DNA from: Candidatus Daviesbacteria bacterium
GTDB taxonomy: Bacteria > Patescibacteriota > Microgenomatia > Daviesbacterales > UBA10151
NCBI GenBank assembly: GCA_041690695.1
Contig: JBEPVZ010000003.1
Coordinates: 13,633-77,632, forward strand
Direction of reading: 5' to 3'
DNA: 64,000 nucleotides
The notes beneath the pieces were generated by a model. It made no database searches. It was not told the origin of the DNA and saw only the letters and a program-made list of their open reading frames with translations. Shown in pieces: positions 46,975 to 57,278 of this stretch (position 1 is its first letter; each line of letters begins with the position of its first letter). The translations under genes and the position numbers were made by a program.

Positions 46975-48757
46975 TGGTACAACTCATGCCGCTCCGGTTG
47001 TAGTAACTAATCCTGGCACACTAGAATCATTACCCCACAATACAGATGGTAGCCCCAAGATTAGCTTCAGCTGTAGCGCCAGCCCTCAAACCATTAATTA
47101 TGATGACACTTTGACCGTCACCACCACTAATAGCCATCCCCAGGGTATTAATATCTTTATTGATAATAATACTCAAAATGCTGGCTCACTGAGTCCGATC
47201 ACAACCCAATCGACCACAAATAAAAATGTTTATAACATCGGCTTTAAGGCCCAGTTACAATATAACCCTCTCTACGCTCCACCTTATAATCACACCTTAA
47301 TTTTAGTTGATAATGGCAATCCGGCCATCTCAGAAAGCTGTACTTTTAACGTCAGCCCTCAAACGAGTTGTTTAAATGGGGACAAGAACGAAGTCTCAAC
47401 ATTTTCGATCAACTTACCCGACTTCGGAAACTATAATGTTACTTACTCAACACTCGGGACAACCACTGAAAATGCGGGCAGAGCGGCTGGGGTGGTTACT
47501 TCATTTTTTACCGACAAACCATCAAATTTAAGTAATAATCCGACTCTCTTAAATAGCCTCAGAGAAGCCATTTACAAGCGAGTTGAAGACCAATACGTCA
47601 TTAATGTCGCCGCCTTCCTGGTGAGAGTTAATCAAAATATCTCTCGGCCGCTACCAGCCAAAGGCTCGGTTGATGAAGCGAATGCAGTCGCAGCTCTTAA
47701 AAACTTAGATTTCAATCATCAAGATACTAAATTCACCAGCCTTGACCAACTCACTAATATCAAAAGTCCTAACGATATCTTGTCACTTTTTTCAAGCGAG
47801 TGTAAGTTTCAGGAACAGGGTGGAACGATGCCGTATTATCAGTGCAATCCTCAAACCATCGGCGACTATGGTGATCCAGGTTTAAGCAATCGGGTTAACC
47901 AAACTGCCCAAGACGTCGCGAGTAGAGTCTTTACCTTAATAAATAGTAATCCAAACGATATTATTGCGGCCTTAACTCCTACCGCAAATCAACCAGCTTT
48001 ATTTGTCGGTCGACCGATGAGTAATATCTATGAATCATTAATTACTCCTAATATTTCTGATCCTAATCCCAACAATGCTAATTTAGCTTTGGGGAATGAT
48101 CTAATAACCCAAAGAGGTATTAACCCAGGTCCTAATCTAGTTGACCTTTATCCTAAAACAGTCAGCCAGCTTCAATCCTGTTTTATAACCGGGGTGACTT
48201 TAAATTCACCGAGCTTATTCTTATACACCCAGATACCCCAATCAGTTAAAGTCACCACCCAATCCCAGGTTGGCTACTCAGACCCAGCCACAAATGATAA
48301 CAGCTGGAATGTCACCACTTCCCCCTCTGGCCAAGTGACAACAGATAATAATATTGAGCGAGATTATCTCTATTATGAATATAAGAGGGCCAGTGTTAGC
48401 TTTAACCAGCCCAACACCGGTTATATTGTCACAAGATCTGACTGGCAAAATTTAATCCGCAATACTATTGCTAAAGGTTTAGGACTTAATCAAAAAGAGA
48501 CTGACCGCATGATTAGTGAAGTTAGTAATGCTTTAGTCGGCTCTTCAAATTCACCATATTTAAGAATCTCATTGATTGATCAAGCCGAATTAAATTCTCA
48601 ATTGCCACTCCATTTCTCAACTCAGCCTGATCATCTCTATCGCTTCCACCTCATGGTCAGCTCTGTTCAGGCACCAGCTTCAATTCCCGAGCCCACTCTA
48701 AAAACGGTCGAGCGCTTAGGTTTTACCGCCATCGAGCTGGGTGCGGTCTACCGCTAA
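46568..48757 (+). CDS. Fusion protein: VirB2/TrbC-like pilin N-domain plus different variable C-terminal ectodomain (729 aa)
   Basis: The first ~135 aa are identical to the 41234 product. The downstream ~590 aa are unrelated in sequence to the 41234 C-terminus, and Asn/Thr/Ser-rich. Confidence 0.6.
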   Translation: MTKLALSLPGFQNAVSSPAKTQYQDLGSLLSGGYSILLLIAAFLMVYWLSWGIFQYIFAGGEKEKLAHARKRITWAIVGFIIIVLAFTIRYFVEEVFPPQNTLTQVDTPLNYVSTDLQQPPTAVQQPQTGGTGGQAGTTHAAPVVVTNPGTLESLPHNTDGSPKISFSCSASPQTINYDDTLTVTTTNSHPQGINIFIDNNTQNAGSLSPITTQSTTNKNVYNIGFKAQLQYNPLYAPPYNHTLILVDNGNPAISESCTFNVSPQTSCLNGDKNEVSTFSINLPDFGNYNVTYSTLGTTTENAGRAAGVVTSFFTDKPSNLSNNPTLLNSLREAIYKRVEDQYVINVAAFLVRVNQNISRPLPAKGSVDEANAVAALKNLDFNHQDTKFTSLDQLTNIKSPNDILSLFSSECKFQEQGGTMPYYQCNPQTIGDYGDPGLSNRVNQTAQDVASRVFTLINSNPNDIIAALTPTANQPALFVGRPMSNIYESLITPNISDPNPNNANLALGNDLITQRGINPGPNLVDLYPKTVSQLQSCFITGVTLNSPSLFLYTQIPQSVKVTTQSQVGYSDPATNDNSWNVTTSPSGQVTTDNNIERDYLYYEYKRASVSFNQPNTGYIVTRSDWQNLIRNTIAKGLGLNQKETDRMISEVSNALVGSSNSPYLRISLIDQAELNSQLPLHFSTQPDHLYRFHLMVSSVQAPASIPEPTLKTVERLGFTAIELGAVYR

Positions 48758-48776
48758 GATGTGATACCTTTAGGTT

Positions 48777-51700
48777 ATGTCTGAACCAAACACTCCTAGT
48801 CCTATCGTAGCTCCACCATCGACTCAAGCGTCCTCACCTCATACAAGTAAACTAGCGTTTTTTAAAACTCATAAAAAACTCGCCATTATTGGGGGCTATG
48901 TACTGGTTTTAATTTTAATTCCTTTAATATTTCTGGCGATCTCAGGTCAAAAAAAACAGCCGCAGACTAGTCCAACGGAGCTCGAAGTCGTTATACCTAA
49001 ACCAGGCGCCGCCAATCAGCCAAAGGTTGTTGCGGACGAGCTGATTGTTAAGTACAAGGCTGGCCAATCGCTTAATGAAGCCAGTTCTGCGGCCAATATC
49101 TTGCCTCTTCAAACCGCTGAGCAAGCTGCAGGCATGGCTAGCCAAGAGCCACTTTATCTCTCAGATGACCCTAGTTTAAAAGAGTTTTACGTTTTTAAGC
49201 TCAAAAATGGCACCAATTTAGATCAATCTCGAAAAGCCTTAGCTCAACTTCCCCAAATTGAATCAGTTGAAGTCAACCCGATTCTGTCACTACAAGAGCA
49301 AAATCAGGTCACGATGTCAGTTGCACCTAATGATTACTTTTATCCCCAACAATGGAACTTACAAAAGATTCAGATCGAGAAGGTCTGGCAACAATATACT
49401 TTAGGTTCAAAAGACGTTTCGATCGCCTTAATTGATGGCGGAGTTGATCCGACTCATCCTGATCTTCCTCGAGATATTACGATCGGTAAAAACTTTATTA
49501 GCGATTCCCAAACGGATCATGACCACGCCACCGGCTTAGCTGGAATTATGGTCGCTCAAACCAATAATAAGATTGGTATTAGCGGGATTAGCCCGGGAGT
49601 TCATTTAGTCTCTTTTCAAGCTTGTAGTGATTTAGATCCTCAATTTTGTAGCATGGTTTCGATCGATCGGGCAATTGAGACCGCTGCAAATACTAAAGGG
49701 GTCAGAGTTATTAATATCAGTATTGAGGGCGAAAATACCCAAGATGGGGTTAATATCGGTTGCCCAAGCTTTACCCAAGCTTCAATCACTAAGGCCACTC
49801 AGGCCGGAGTGCTGGTCGTCGCTAGCTCTGGTAATGGCATTGATAATCATGGTAAAGCGGTTGATGCCAAAAGCATGAATATTGGAACTTGTGTCGGCGT
49901 TTTAATGGTTGGGGCGACTACCATTACCAAAAATGGCGATCAAGAAGTTGAGAAACGAGCTAACTATTCAAATTACGGATCCTCAGTTAAATTATCCGCT
50001 CCAGGTGGAAGCATTCCAGATCCAAGTAATCCAAACGATCCGCTTAATCATGGTATTATCTCGCTTGGCAAAACCAAACCCGATCAAAAAGGTCCACGCT
50101 ACACCCAAGCTTCTGGAACTTCAGATGCTGCCCCTGAAGTTAGTGCCGTTGCGGCGCTGCTCTTCTCAGTCAAACCCAGCTTAACCGCCGAACAAGCCAC
50201 AGATTGTTTAATTCAAGGCGCTGATACTATTCAAACTGATTTGCCGATTGGTCCAAGATTAAACGCTCTGGGAGCATTTAAAGCTTGTGGGATTAAGCCA
50301 ACTAATTATCCATCAGCTAATTCGGCTCCAACAGTCACACCTACAATCACCCTCTCCCCCTCTGACACAGTCACTGAAGGCAGTAATATTCAAATAACCT
50401 CAAATTTAAATGGCGAGATCGGTCAATTAGTCGCATTTAAATTGTGTTTTGAAGGCCCGGATAAATCTAACTTAAACTCTGACAAGAGCTGTTCTGGATT
50501 AATTGCCGGAACAACTTTACCGGCCCAAGCCATTAATAAAAGCTATGGCTATTACCAAGTTTATGGAATGAGTTGTCAAACAACCGGTAGCGCCCCAAGC
50601 TTGACCTGTGATCCCACTGTTCGACCAACCCAAGAGGCATGGAGCCAGCCGATTCAATTAGTCAAAGCTGGCAGCACCGGTGGGACTGGTGGCACCACCA
50701 CCCAACCTTCCACCACTCAGACTGGTCTGAATAAGATTCAACACATTATCATCATGGTCAAAGAGAACCATACCTTTGATAACTATTTTGGAACATTCCC
50801 TGGCGCCAATGGCACCACCACCTACCCTGGCCCAGATGGTAATCCGAAACCGTTGGCCCATGATCCTGATTCTTTACTAAATGATATTAATCACGATCCA
50901 GCCGCCGCTCACCTAGCTTACGATTCTGGCAAAATGGATAATTTCAAAAATATTCCAGGAGCAATCCAAGATGGTCATGACTATTCTGATGGCCAATATT
51001 ATCAGGCTGATATTCCAAATTATTGGGCTTACGCTCAAAAATATACTTTACATGATAACTTTTTTACCAACATCCTTGGACCGAGCTTTGAAAATCATCT
51101 TTTAACTATCGCTGGAGATAATCCTAGCAATGTCGATGGTAATCCCCAAGGCGATACTAATCCCAACCACAACAATGGTGCCGGGGTTTGGGGATGTGAT
51201 TCAGCTTCCAATACCCAAGTCGAGAAACGAGATGGCAATGGTAGTATCACTACGACTTATCCCTGTTTTGACTTGCCAACTTTAGGCGATAGTCTAAATA
51301 AAGCTAATATCTCTTGGAAATATTATGCCCCAGCCCAAAACCAGCCCGGTTATCAATGGTCTGCCTACGATGCTATTAAAGGTATCCGAAATTCAGATCA
51401 ATGGTCTACGCATGTTGTTGACTCTGACCAGTTCCAAAAAGATGCTGCTAGTGGTAATTTACCAGCCGTTAGCTGGCTAGTTCAACCGTTTGACGTTAGT
51501 GATCACGCACCTTCGAGTGTCTGTCAAGGTGAAAACTGGACAGTCGATCAGATGAACGCGATTATGGGTAATTCGAACTCATGGGATAACTCAGTCGTAA
51601 TCTTAACTTGGGACGATTTTGGGGGCTTTTACGACCATGTTACCCCTCCCAAAGGACCTAATGGCGAGATTATGGATGGCTTTAGAGTTCCAGCCTTAAT

Positions 51701-52640
51701 TATCTCCCCTTATGCTAAACCAGGCTTTATTGATCATACTCAAAACACCTTTTCATCGATTCTTAAATTCGTCGAGAATCGCTATGGTTTACCACCTCTT
51801 GGCTCTCTTGATAGTGCGGCAACCGATTTCAGTAGCTCACTTGATTTCAATCAAACCCCACTCTCAGCTCTAACCTTAAAAACCAGAAGTTGTCCAGCCA
51901 CAACTCAAGAGAAATCAGGATCAGCCACGACTCCTGTTCCACCCGTCAAGACTCCTCCGACCACTCCACCGTCAAGCTGCTTAATCAAGATTGGACCACT
52001 CTGTATTCCGAGTTTGCCTAAAATTACTTTTCCGACCTTACCAAAGATTGATCCATCCGCAATTTGTAAAGTTCTTCATACCTGTTCGAACCCCAAACCA
52101 GACACAAACACTTCACCCGCCAGCTCATCGGCCACCCAAACTAACCCACCTCCAGCTCAAAACCAATCTAGTGTCGATTTACCTTCGGCTCTCTTTAAAA
52201 CAGTTAAAGTCACACCTGAGGATGGCAAGCTTGATAGCTTAATTAGCGCCGACATTAATTTATCAAACACCCAGTCTCATCAATATAAATTCCATTGGTG
52301 TGCTAGCCCAGCTAATATTGCTCCTCATGAGATCTGTAACAATATTACTAACTATTTTAACTTTGCCAGAACCGATCCAGCGACAGGCACAATTGTTAAT
52401 GATCATATTACCGGCCAATTTAGCCCATCCTTAATTTGGAATCCTGATATCGTAGTTTCCAATCGCGCTCCAACCAACGCCTATTATGGAACATATTTCC
52501 TTGAAGCCGACGTCTGTAATACTCAACCCAATGGCAAATGTAATAACTCTAAAAATGAGGATGTTTGTAGCATTATCCGAAATGATGAGTGTGTTAATTA
52601 TGACCATTTCTCGGTCAAGTTTAATTTAAACCAACAATGA
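48777..52640 (+). CDS. Membrane-anchored multidomain enzyme: S8 subtilisin plus phosphoesterase (phospholipase C / acid phosphatase family) plus shared C-terminal 6-Cys domain (1287 aa)
   Basis: S8 motifs [13 protein letters not shown] (Asp), DHATGLAG (His), [16 protein letters not shown] (Ser). Central [23 protein letters not shown] matches the phosphoesterase-family ENRSFDHYFG motif. C-terminal ~150 aa are homologous to the 43242 C-terminus. The TGA stop overlaps the ATG of the next gene. Confidence 0.8.
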   Translation: MSEPNTPSPIVAPPSTQASSPHTSKLAFFKTHKKLAIIGGYVLVLILIPLIFLAISGQKKQPQTSPTELEVVIPKPGAANQPKVVADELIVKYKAGQSLNEASSAANILPLQTAEQAAGMASQEPLYLSDDPSLKEFYVFKLKNGTNLDQSRKALAQLPQIESVEVNPILSLQEQNQVTMSVAPNDYFYPQQWNLQKIQIEKVWQQYTLGSKDVSIALIDGGVDPTHPDLPRDITIGKNFISDSQTDHDHATGLAGIMVAQTNNKIGISGISPGVHLVSFQACSDLDPQFCSMVSIDRAIETAANTKGVRVINISIEGENTQDGVNIGCPSFTQASITKATQAGVLVVASSGNGIDNHGKAVDAKSMNIGTCVGVLMVGATTITKNGDQEVEKRANYSNYGSSVKLSAPGGSIPDPSNPNDPLNHGIISLGKTKPDQKGPRYTQASGTSDAAPEVSAVAALLFSVKPSLTAEQATDCLIQGADTIQTDLPIGPRLNALGAFKACGIKPTNYPSANSAPTVTPTITLSPSDTVTEGSNIQITSNLNGEIGQLVAFKLCFEGPDKSNLNSDKSCSGLIAGTTLPAQAINKSYGYYQVYGMSCQTTGSAPSLTCDPTVRPTQEAWSQPIQLVKAGSTGGTGGTTTQPSTTQTGLNKIQHIIIMVKENHTFDNYFGTFPGANGTTTYPGPDGNPKPLAHDPDSLLNDINHDPAAAHLAYDSGKMDNFKNIPGAIQDGHDYSDGQYYQADIPNYWAYAQKYTLHDNFFTNILGPSFENHLLTIAGDNPSNVDGNPQGDTNPNHNNGAGVWGCDSASNTQVEKRDGNGSITTTYPCFDLPTLGDSLNKANISWKYYAPAQNQPGYQWSAYDAIKGIRNSDQWSTHVVDSDQFQKDAASGNLPAVSWLVQPFDVSDHAPSSVCQGENWTVDQMNAIMGNSNSWDNSVVILTWDDFGGFYDHVTPPKGPNGEIMDGFRVPALIISPYAKPGFIDHTQNTFSSILKFVENRYGLPPLGSLDSAATDFSSSLDFNQTPLSALTLKTRSCPATTQEKSGSATTPVPPVKTPPTTPPSSCLIKIGPLCIPSLPKITFPTLPKIDPSAICKVLHTCSNPKPDTNTSPASSSATQTNPPPAQNQSSVDLPSALFKTVKVTPEDGKLDSLISADINLSNTQSHQYKFHWCASPANIAPHEICNNITNYFNFARTDPATGTIVNDHITGQFSPSLIWNPDIVVSNRAPTNAYYGTYFLEADVCNTQPNGKCNNSKNEDVCSIIRNDECVNYDHFSVKFNLNQQ

Positions 52641-53197
52641 CAAAATTAGCCTTATCACTTCCAGGTTTCTCAGACGCGATTGATAGTCCGACCAAACAAG
52701 CTAAACCTCAATTTCAAGATCTTGGTTCCCTACTGTCTGGTGGATACAGTATCTTACTTTTGATTGTCGCTTTTTTAATGGTTTATTGGTTGTCTTGGGG
52801 AATCTTTCAATACATCTTTGCGGGTGGTGAGAAAGAAAAGTTAGCTCATGCCAAAAAGCGAATTACCTGGGCAATTGTCGGTTTTATAATCGTGGTTTTA
52901 GCATTTACGATTCGAGGGTTTGTCGAAGAAACATTTACCCCTCAAAACACCCTAACTCCCGTTAGTGTCCCCGGAGCCGTTTCGCCCAATCAAGCTCAAG
53001 GTAATTCGGGCAATAGTGGAGGTGGCACGACTGGCGGCGGAGTCAATCCGGGTAGTGGTACTGGAAACACTGGCAATCCTAATCAAGGCCAGCCTGGTGG
53101 AGGAGCTGGAAATGGCGGGTCACTTAGCTTGCCTGGTAGTGGTGGGACCTTTAAAGTTCAGGGTTATATTCCTGGCCAACACCTATTATCAAATTAA
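52637..53197 (+). CDS. Short VirB2/TrbC-like pilin-family protein with Gly-rich C-terminal tail (186 aa)
   Basis: The N-terminal 110 aa are ~85% identical in protein to the pilin-like N-domains of 41234/46568. The tail is [40 protein letters not shown]. Confidence 0.55.
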   Translation: MTKLALSLPGFSDAIDSPTKQAKPQFQDLGSLLSGGYSILLLIVAFLMVYWLSWGIFQYIFAGGEKEKLAHAKKRITWAIVGFIIVVLAFTIRGFVEETFTPQNTLTPVSVPGAVSPNQAQGNSGNSGGGTTGGGVNPGSGTGNTGNPNQGQPGGGAGNGGSLSLPGSGGTFKVQGYIPGQHLLSN

Positions 53198-53200
53198 AAT

Positions 53201-53728
53201 TTACTCAGTTTTGGCTTCTTTTTGACGGATAACTTCGTATAAAAAGATAGCGGTTGCGACTGAGACGTTTAAACTCTCAGTTAATCCATACATTGGCAGA
53301 TAGATATTTTGATCAACAAGCCTTTGGGCTTCCTCAGTTAAACCAGTTGTTTCAGTACCCATCACGATCGCGACTTTGCCAATAAAATTCTGGTCCCATA
53401 AAACATGGGCTTTCGGATCGACCAAAGCTCCAACTGTTAAATAACCCTTTTCCTTTAAGTCTTTCAAGCACTCAGTAATTGAGTTGTGATACTCAACCTT
53501 TAACCACTTGGTCGCACCACTTGATGTTCCCATCGATAATTTTGGCTTTGAGCCGGGGGTATAAATAATATGAATCTGGCCCACTCCAAACGCCTCAGCA
53601 GTTCGTAAAATAGCTGAGATATTCTTATCTTCTGATAGATTTTCCAGAACCAGACAGAGGTCAGAACGACGCAACTCCATGATCTTGTCAATCCGGTCTT
53701 GCCTCGGTAAATCAGCGTAAGTTTTCAT
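53201..53728 (-). CDS. SpoU/TrmH-family RNA methyltransferase (second copy in window)
   Basis: LVLENLSEDKNISAILRTAEAFG, VAIVMGTETTGLTEEA, LPMYGLTESLNVSVATAI SPOUT motifs. Confidence 0.8.
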   Translation of the reverse strand: MKTYADLPRQDRIDKIMELRRSDLCLVLENLSEDKNISAILRTAEAFGVGQIHIIYTPGSKPKLSMGTSSGATKWLKVEYHNSITECLKDLKEKGYLTVGALVDPKAHVLWDQNFIGKVAIVMGTETTGLTEEAQRLVDQNIYLPMYGLTESLNVSVATAIFLYEVIRQKEAKTE

Positions 53729-53749
53729 AAACTGCAGTATACTAAACTT

Positions 53750-54649
53750 ATGCCAATTCTCAAAAAACTGTTCTTTGCCCCCTTCTTTTTTCTGTTCACT
53801 TTCCTACTCTATTTTGAATTGAGTGAGATCATCCTTAATCCAAACTTTTTATTTTCACTTGACCTCGGAGTCTTTTGGCAGCTCTTAGTTTTATCCGGAC
53901 TTTTTTTAATGGTCAGTTTATTTTTTAGTTATTTTGCGATCTTAAATAACGACTGGCGGTTAAGTTTAGGCACGATTGGAGTTAGTATCTTCATCCCCTT
54001 GCTAGTTTTTCGCCCCAAAGGCGCAGCCATTATTGGGTTTCTTAATGCGATCTGGTTTGGCTTTAGTTATTGGAGTATTCAACAAGATTTAAAAACTAGC
54101 TTTGACTTTCAAGCTTCAAAATTAATTAGCCCAGCAGTTCGGAACCTGGCCACCTTATTAGTTCTGACCGCCTCGATTCTCTACTTTTTGGGCGTTCGTG
54201 ATCAATTAGCAGCTAGTAATGGCTTTCAAGTTCCCGACTCACTAATTGACAGTGCCATTAAATTGAGTGGTCAAAGCACTCCGACGACGGAGACCCCCGA
54301 TTCGACAAGTTCTTTAAGCCAGCTGGTTCCAGCAGATCAATTAGATCAACTTAAACAGCTTGGGATTGATCCCAAAAGTTTAGAACAAGTTAGTTCGTCA
54401 CAACTCGCGGCTGGAACTGATACCATCAAAAAACAGATTAAAGATCAGATTCAAAAAACGATCGCCCCTTATCAACCTTTTATCTCCTATCTGTTAGCAG
54501 TCTTGTTTTTCTTTACCTTAACTTCATTTGTAGCGTTGTTAAAACTCCTCATCCGTCCACTAACAGCTTTAACTTTTTATCTCTTAAAAGAAACCGGATT
54601 TATAAGCTTTACGATTGAGATGAAACCTGCCAAGAAGTTAAACGTTTAG
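53750..54649 (+). CDS. Polytopic membrane protein of unknown function
   Basis: 299 aa with multiple hydrophobic helices. No motifs recognised. Confidence 0.4.
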   Translation: MPILKKLFFAPFFFLFTFLLYFELSEIILNPNFLFSLDLGVFWQLLVLSGLFLMVSLFFSYFAILNNDWRLSLGTIGVSIFIPLLVFRPKGAAIIGFLNAIWFGFSYWSIQQDLKTSFDFQASKLISPAVRNLATLLVLTASILYFLGVRDQLAASNGFQVPDSLIDSAIKLSGQSTPTTETPDSTSSLSQLVPADQLDQLKQLGIDPKSLEQVSSSQLAAGTDTIKKQIKDQIQKTIAPYQPFISYLLAVLFFFTLTSFVALLKLLIRPLTALTFYLLKETGFISFTIEMKPAKKLNV

Positions 54650-56770
54650 GGGCTTTAGTTCTCCCCAATTTTTACCGGTTTTCAAACTGACTTCGACTGG
54701 AATTGATAATTTAAGGGCATTGATCATTTTTTCTTTAACAATTTTAGCTAATTTTTCAACTTGATCCGGCTCACATTCAAACAACAGCTCATCATGGACT
54801 TGGAGGATCATTGCAGAATCACCAATCTCCTTATCGATATCGATCATGGCTCTCTTAATCATATCGGCCTGGGTGCCTTGAATAGGCATGTTAATGGCCA
54901 TTCGCTCACCAGCTGACCTCATCATTCTATTGGCAGCTTGAAGCTCAGGAATATAGCGTCTACGGCCCCAGATCGTCTCGACATAGCCATGTTTAACACC
55001 CTCTTCAACGATTTGTTGCATCCAAGCTTTAACCTTTGGATATTCTGCAAAGTATTCTTCGATATAAAGTTTGGCAGTCGCATAATCAACTTTAAGTTGC
55101 TGGGATAAAGCTCTTGGGCCTTGACCGTATAAAGTCGCAAAGTTCATGGTTTTACCAACCATTCTCTGCTCTTTACTAACCTGATCAACCGGGATCTTAA
55201 AAATTCTAGCAGCGGTTGAGGCGTGAATATCAGTCCCATCCAAAAAGGCCTTCTTTAAACCAGGATCATCAGCCAAGTGGGCCATAATTCGCAGTTCAAT
55301 TTGAGAATAATCTGCCCCCAGCATGACTTTGCCTTTGGGAGCGATAAAAGCTTTTCTGAGCTCTGAACCCTGTGTTCCTCGAATCGGAATATTCTGCAAA
55401 TTTGGATCCTGTGAGCTGAGTCGACCAGTGGCAGCACCCTCAACATTAAAGGTCGAATGGATTCGTCCATCCTCACCAAAATAGCGTGGTAGTGAGTCAA
55501 TATAGGTTGAAACCAACTTAAAGAGTTGACGATATTCTAATATTTTGGGGATGGCGGGATGAGCATCATAGAGCTCGGTTAAGGTTGCCTCATCAGTTGA
55601 TCGACCGGTTTTAGTCTTACGGACTACTTCCAGATTTAACTCGTCAAATAAAACTTCTCCAAGCTGTTTTGGGCTACTTAAATTAAATTCATGGCCAACT
55701 GAGTTGTAAATCTCTTTCTCGAGCGTTGCCAACCGATCTTTCAAAGTTTTGCCCATCTGAGTAATAAAAGCTTGGTCAACTAAGATGCCAGTTTTAGTCA
55801 TCTTTTTTAAGACCTCATCAACTTCCAAATCCAGGTTGGTGGTAGCTTTATTCTTCGGCAACACGACCTTGTCAGGCGGAGTCTCCATGGTGACAGATTT
55901 ACCACCATTAACTCGAGAGATTAAACTCTTAAAGTCGAGCTCTTCAAACAATTTAATCAGTTTTTTATGATCAAAATCCTTAGCTTGGGCTTTTTTAAGA
56001 TCTAGTTTAATTGGGGCATCTAAATCAATAGTCGCCAGTTGCTTACTCATAACCGCCGACTCAGCTCCCTCGGATAAAAGTTTTTGCATTCGCTCTGGCA
56101 AAGTTTTTAAGTTGTCAGTTTTATAGATCTCTTCAATACTATTAAACTGTTTAATTAATTTAGTAGCCGAAACTTCACCAATCCCTGGAACTCCCGGAAT
56201 ATTATCAGAAGAGTCCCCTGCCAGCGCTTTATAATCTATTAGCTGAATTGGCTGAAAACCAAATCGCTCCACAAACTCGGTAACCCCATAAAGCCCAACA
56301 TCGGATAACGTTTTCTTGGGCATTAACACCTTGACTCTGGGTTCAATAATTTGCATGATATCTCGATCACCAGTTAGGACAATTATTTCGAGATCCTTCT
56401 GACTAATCACAGCTTGGCGAGCCATTGTCCCAATTAAATCATCAGCTTCGTAGCCTGATAACTTAAATTCAGCCATATTTAAATCAGTCGCGACTTGATG
56501 AACCCGGTCATATTGGCTAGATAAGCCATCATCAGTTGGACCACGGGTAGCTTTGTATTGGGTATAGGCCTGATGGCGAAAGGTTGGACCCTTTTCATCC
56601 CAAGCGATGGCCACATAATCGGGCTTTAAATCATCAAGTGCTTTTAAAAGCATTAAACTAAAGCCATAGACGGCGTTAACGAGTTCACCTTTTGGGGTGG
56701 TTAAAGGCGGTGTGGCATGGTAGGCTCGGTGCAAGAGGGCATTGCCATCAATTAAGATCAGACGTTTCAT
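54638..56770 (-). CDS. polA: DNA polymerase I (5'-3' exonuclease plus polymerase; short form, apparently lacking a proofreading domain)
   Basis: N-terminal MKRLILIDGNALLHRAYHA (FEN/5'-exo). Polymerase motif A DYSQIELR, motif B RRRYIPEL...KTMNFATLYG, motif C VHDELLFE. 710 aa. Confidence 0.9.
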   Translation of the reverse strand: MKRLILIDGNALLHRAYHATPPLTTPKGELVNAVYGFSLMLLKALDDLKPDYVAIAWDEKGPTFRHQAYTQYKATRGPTDDGLSSQYDRVHQVATDLNMAEFKLSGYEADDLIGTMARQAVISQKDLEIIVLTGDRDIMQIIEPRVKVLMPKKTLSDVGLYGVTEFVERFGFQPIQLIDYKALAGDSSDNIPGVPGIGEVSATKLIKQFNSIEEIYKTDNLKTLPERMQKLLSEGAESAVMSKQLATIDLDAPIKLDLKKAQAKDFDHKKLIKLFEELDFKSLISRVNGGKSVTMETPPDKVVLPKNKATTNLDLEVDEVLKKMTKTGILVDQAFITQMGKTLKDRLATLEKEIYNSVGHEFNLSSPKQLGEVLFDELNLEVVRKTKTGRSTDEATLTELYDAHPAIPKILEYRQLFKLVSTYIDSLPRYFGEDGRIHSTFNVEGAATGRLSSQDPNLQNIPIRGTQGSELRKAFIAPKGKVMLGADYSQIELRIMAHLADDPGLKKAFLDGTDIHASTAARIFKIPVDQVSKEQRMVGKTMNFATLYGQGPRALSQQLKVDYATAKLYIEEYFAEYPKVKAWMQQIVEEGVKHGYVETIWGRRRYIPELQAANRMMRSAGERMAINMPIQGTQADMIKRAMIDIDKEIGDSAMILQVHDELLFECEPDQVEKLAKIVKEKMINALKLSIPVEVSLKTGKNWGELKPLNV

Positions 56771-56778
56771 TACATTAG

Positions 56779-56991
56779 TTAAAGATCTTTAAACTCTACT
56801 TCAGTTAGTCCCATTTGACTGATAATACTTTTAAGAGTGCCTGGCTTTATTTCGTGATGATGAGGAATAACACAAGTCCGACGCGTTGATTCTTGCCACC
56901 AAATCTCGTGACTACCACCGGTATTTCTCCTAAAAGTAAAACCAGCCTTGCGAGCTTTTTTAATGATTTCGCGATAAGTTAGTGGCTTCAT
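56779..56991 (-). CDS. hicA: HicA-family toxin (mRNA interferase)
   Basis: 70 aa. KKARKAGFTFRRNTGGSHEIW...PHHHEIKPGTLKSI matches the HicA dsRBD-like fold with catalytic His. Confidence 0.75.
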   Translation of the reverse strand: MKPLTYREIIKKARKAGFTFRRNTGGSHEIWWQESTRRTCVIPHHHEIKPGTLKSIISQMGLTEVEFKDL

Positions 56992-57257
56992 GCTGCCATA
57001 ATAATTGGCAGGTTAGACAGGTTGGCAAGACTTTGTTCTTTTTGGAGCTTAAGGGGTATTTCTAAATCTTCTTCCTTATAAAGTTCTATTAAGGATTGGG
57101 CAACTCCTGTTATTTCTAAGATTGCTTCGTCAATTGTTTCTCCCTGAGCATAACAATCTGACCAAACTGGCGAACTCACCACAAAGCCGCCCTCTTTTTG
57201 AGCTTTAATAACAATTGGTAATTCATATTCAGAAACTCTTTCAGATTTCTTCAACAT
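56988..57257 (-). CDS. hicB: HicB-family antitoxin
   Basis: 89 aa UPF0150/HicB-like N-terminal domain (YELPIVIKAQKEGGFVVSSPVWSDCYAQGETIDEAI). Overlaps hicA by 4 nt. Confidence 0.7.
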   Translation of the reverse strand: MLKKSERVSEYELPIVIKAQKEGGFVVSSPVWSDCYAQGETIDEAILEITGVAQSLIELYKEEDLEIPLKLQKEQSLANLSNLPIIMAA

Positions 57258-57278
57258 GTCGGTATTATATCATGGCTT

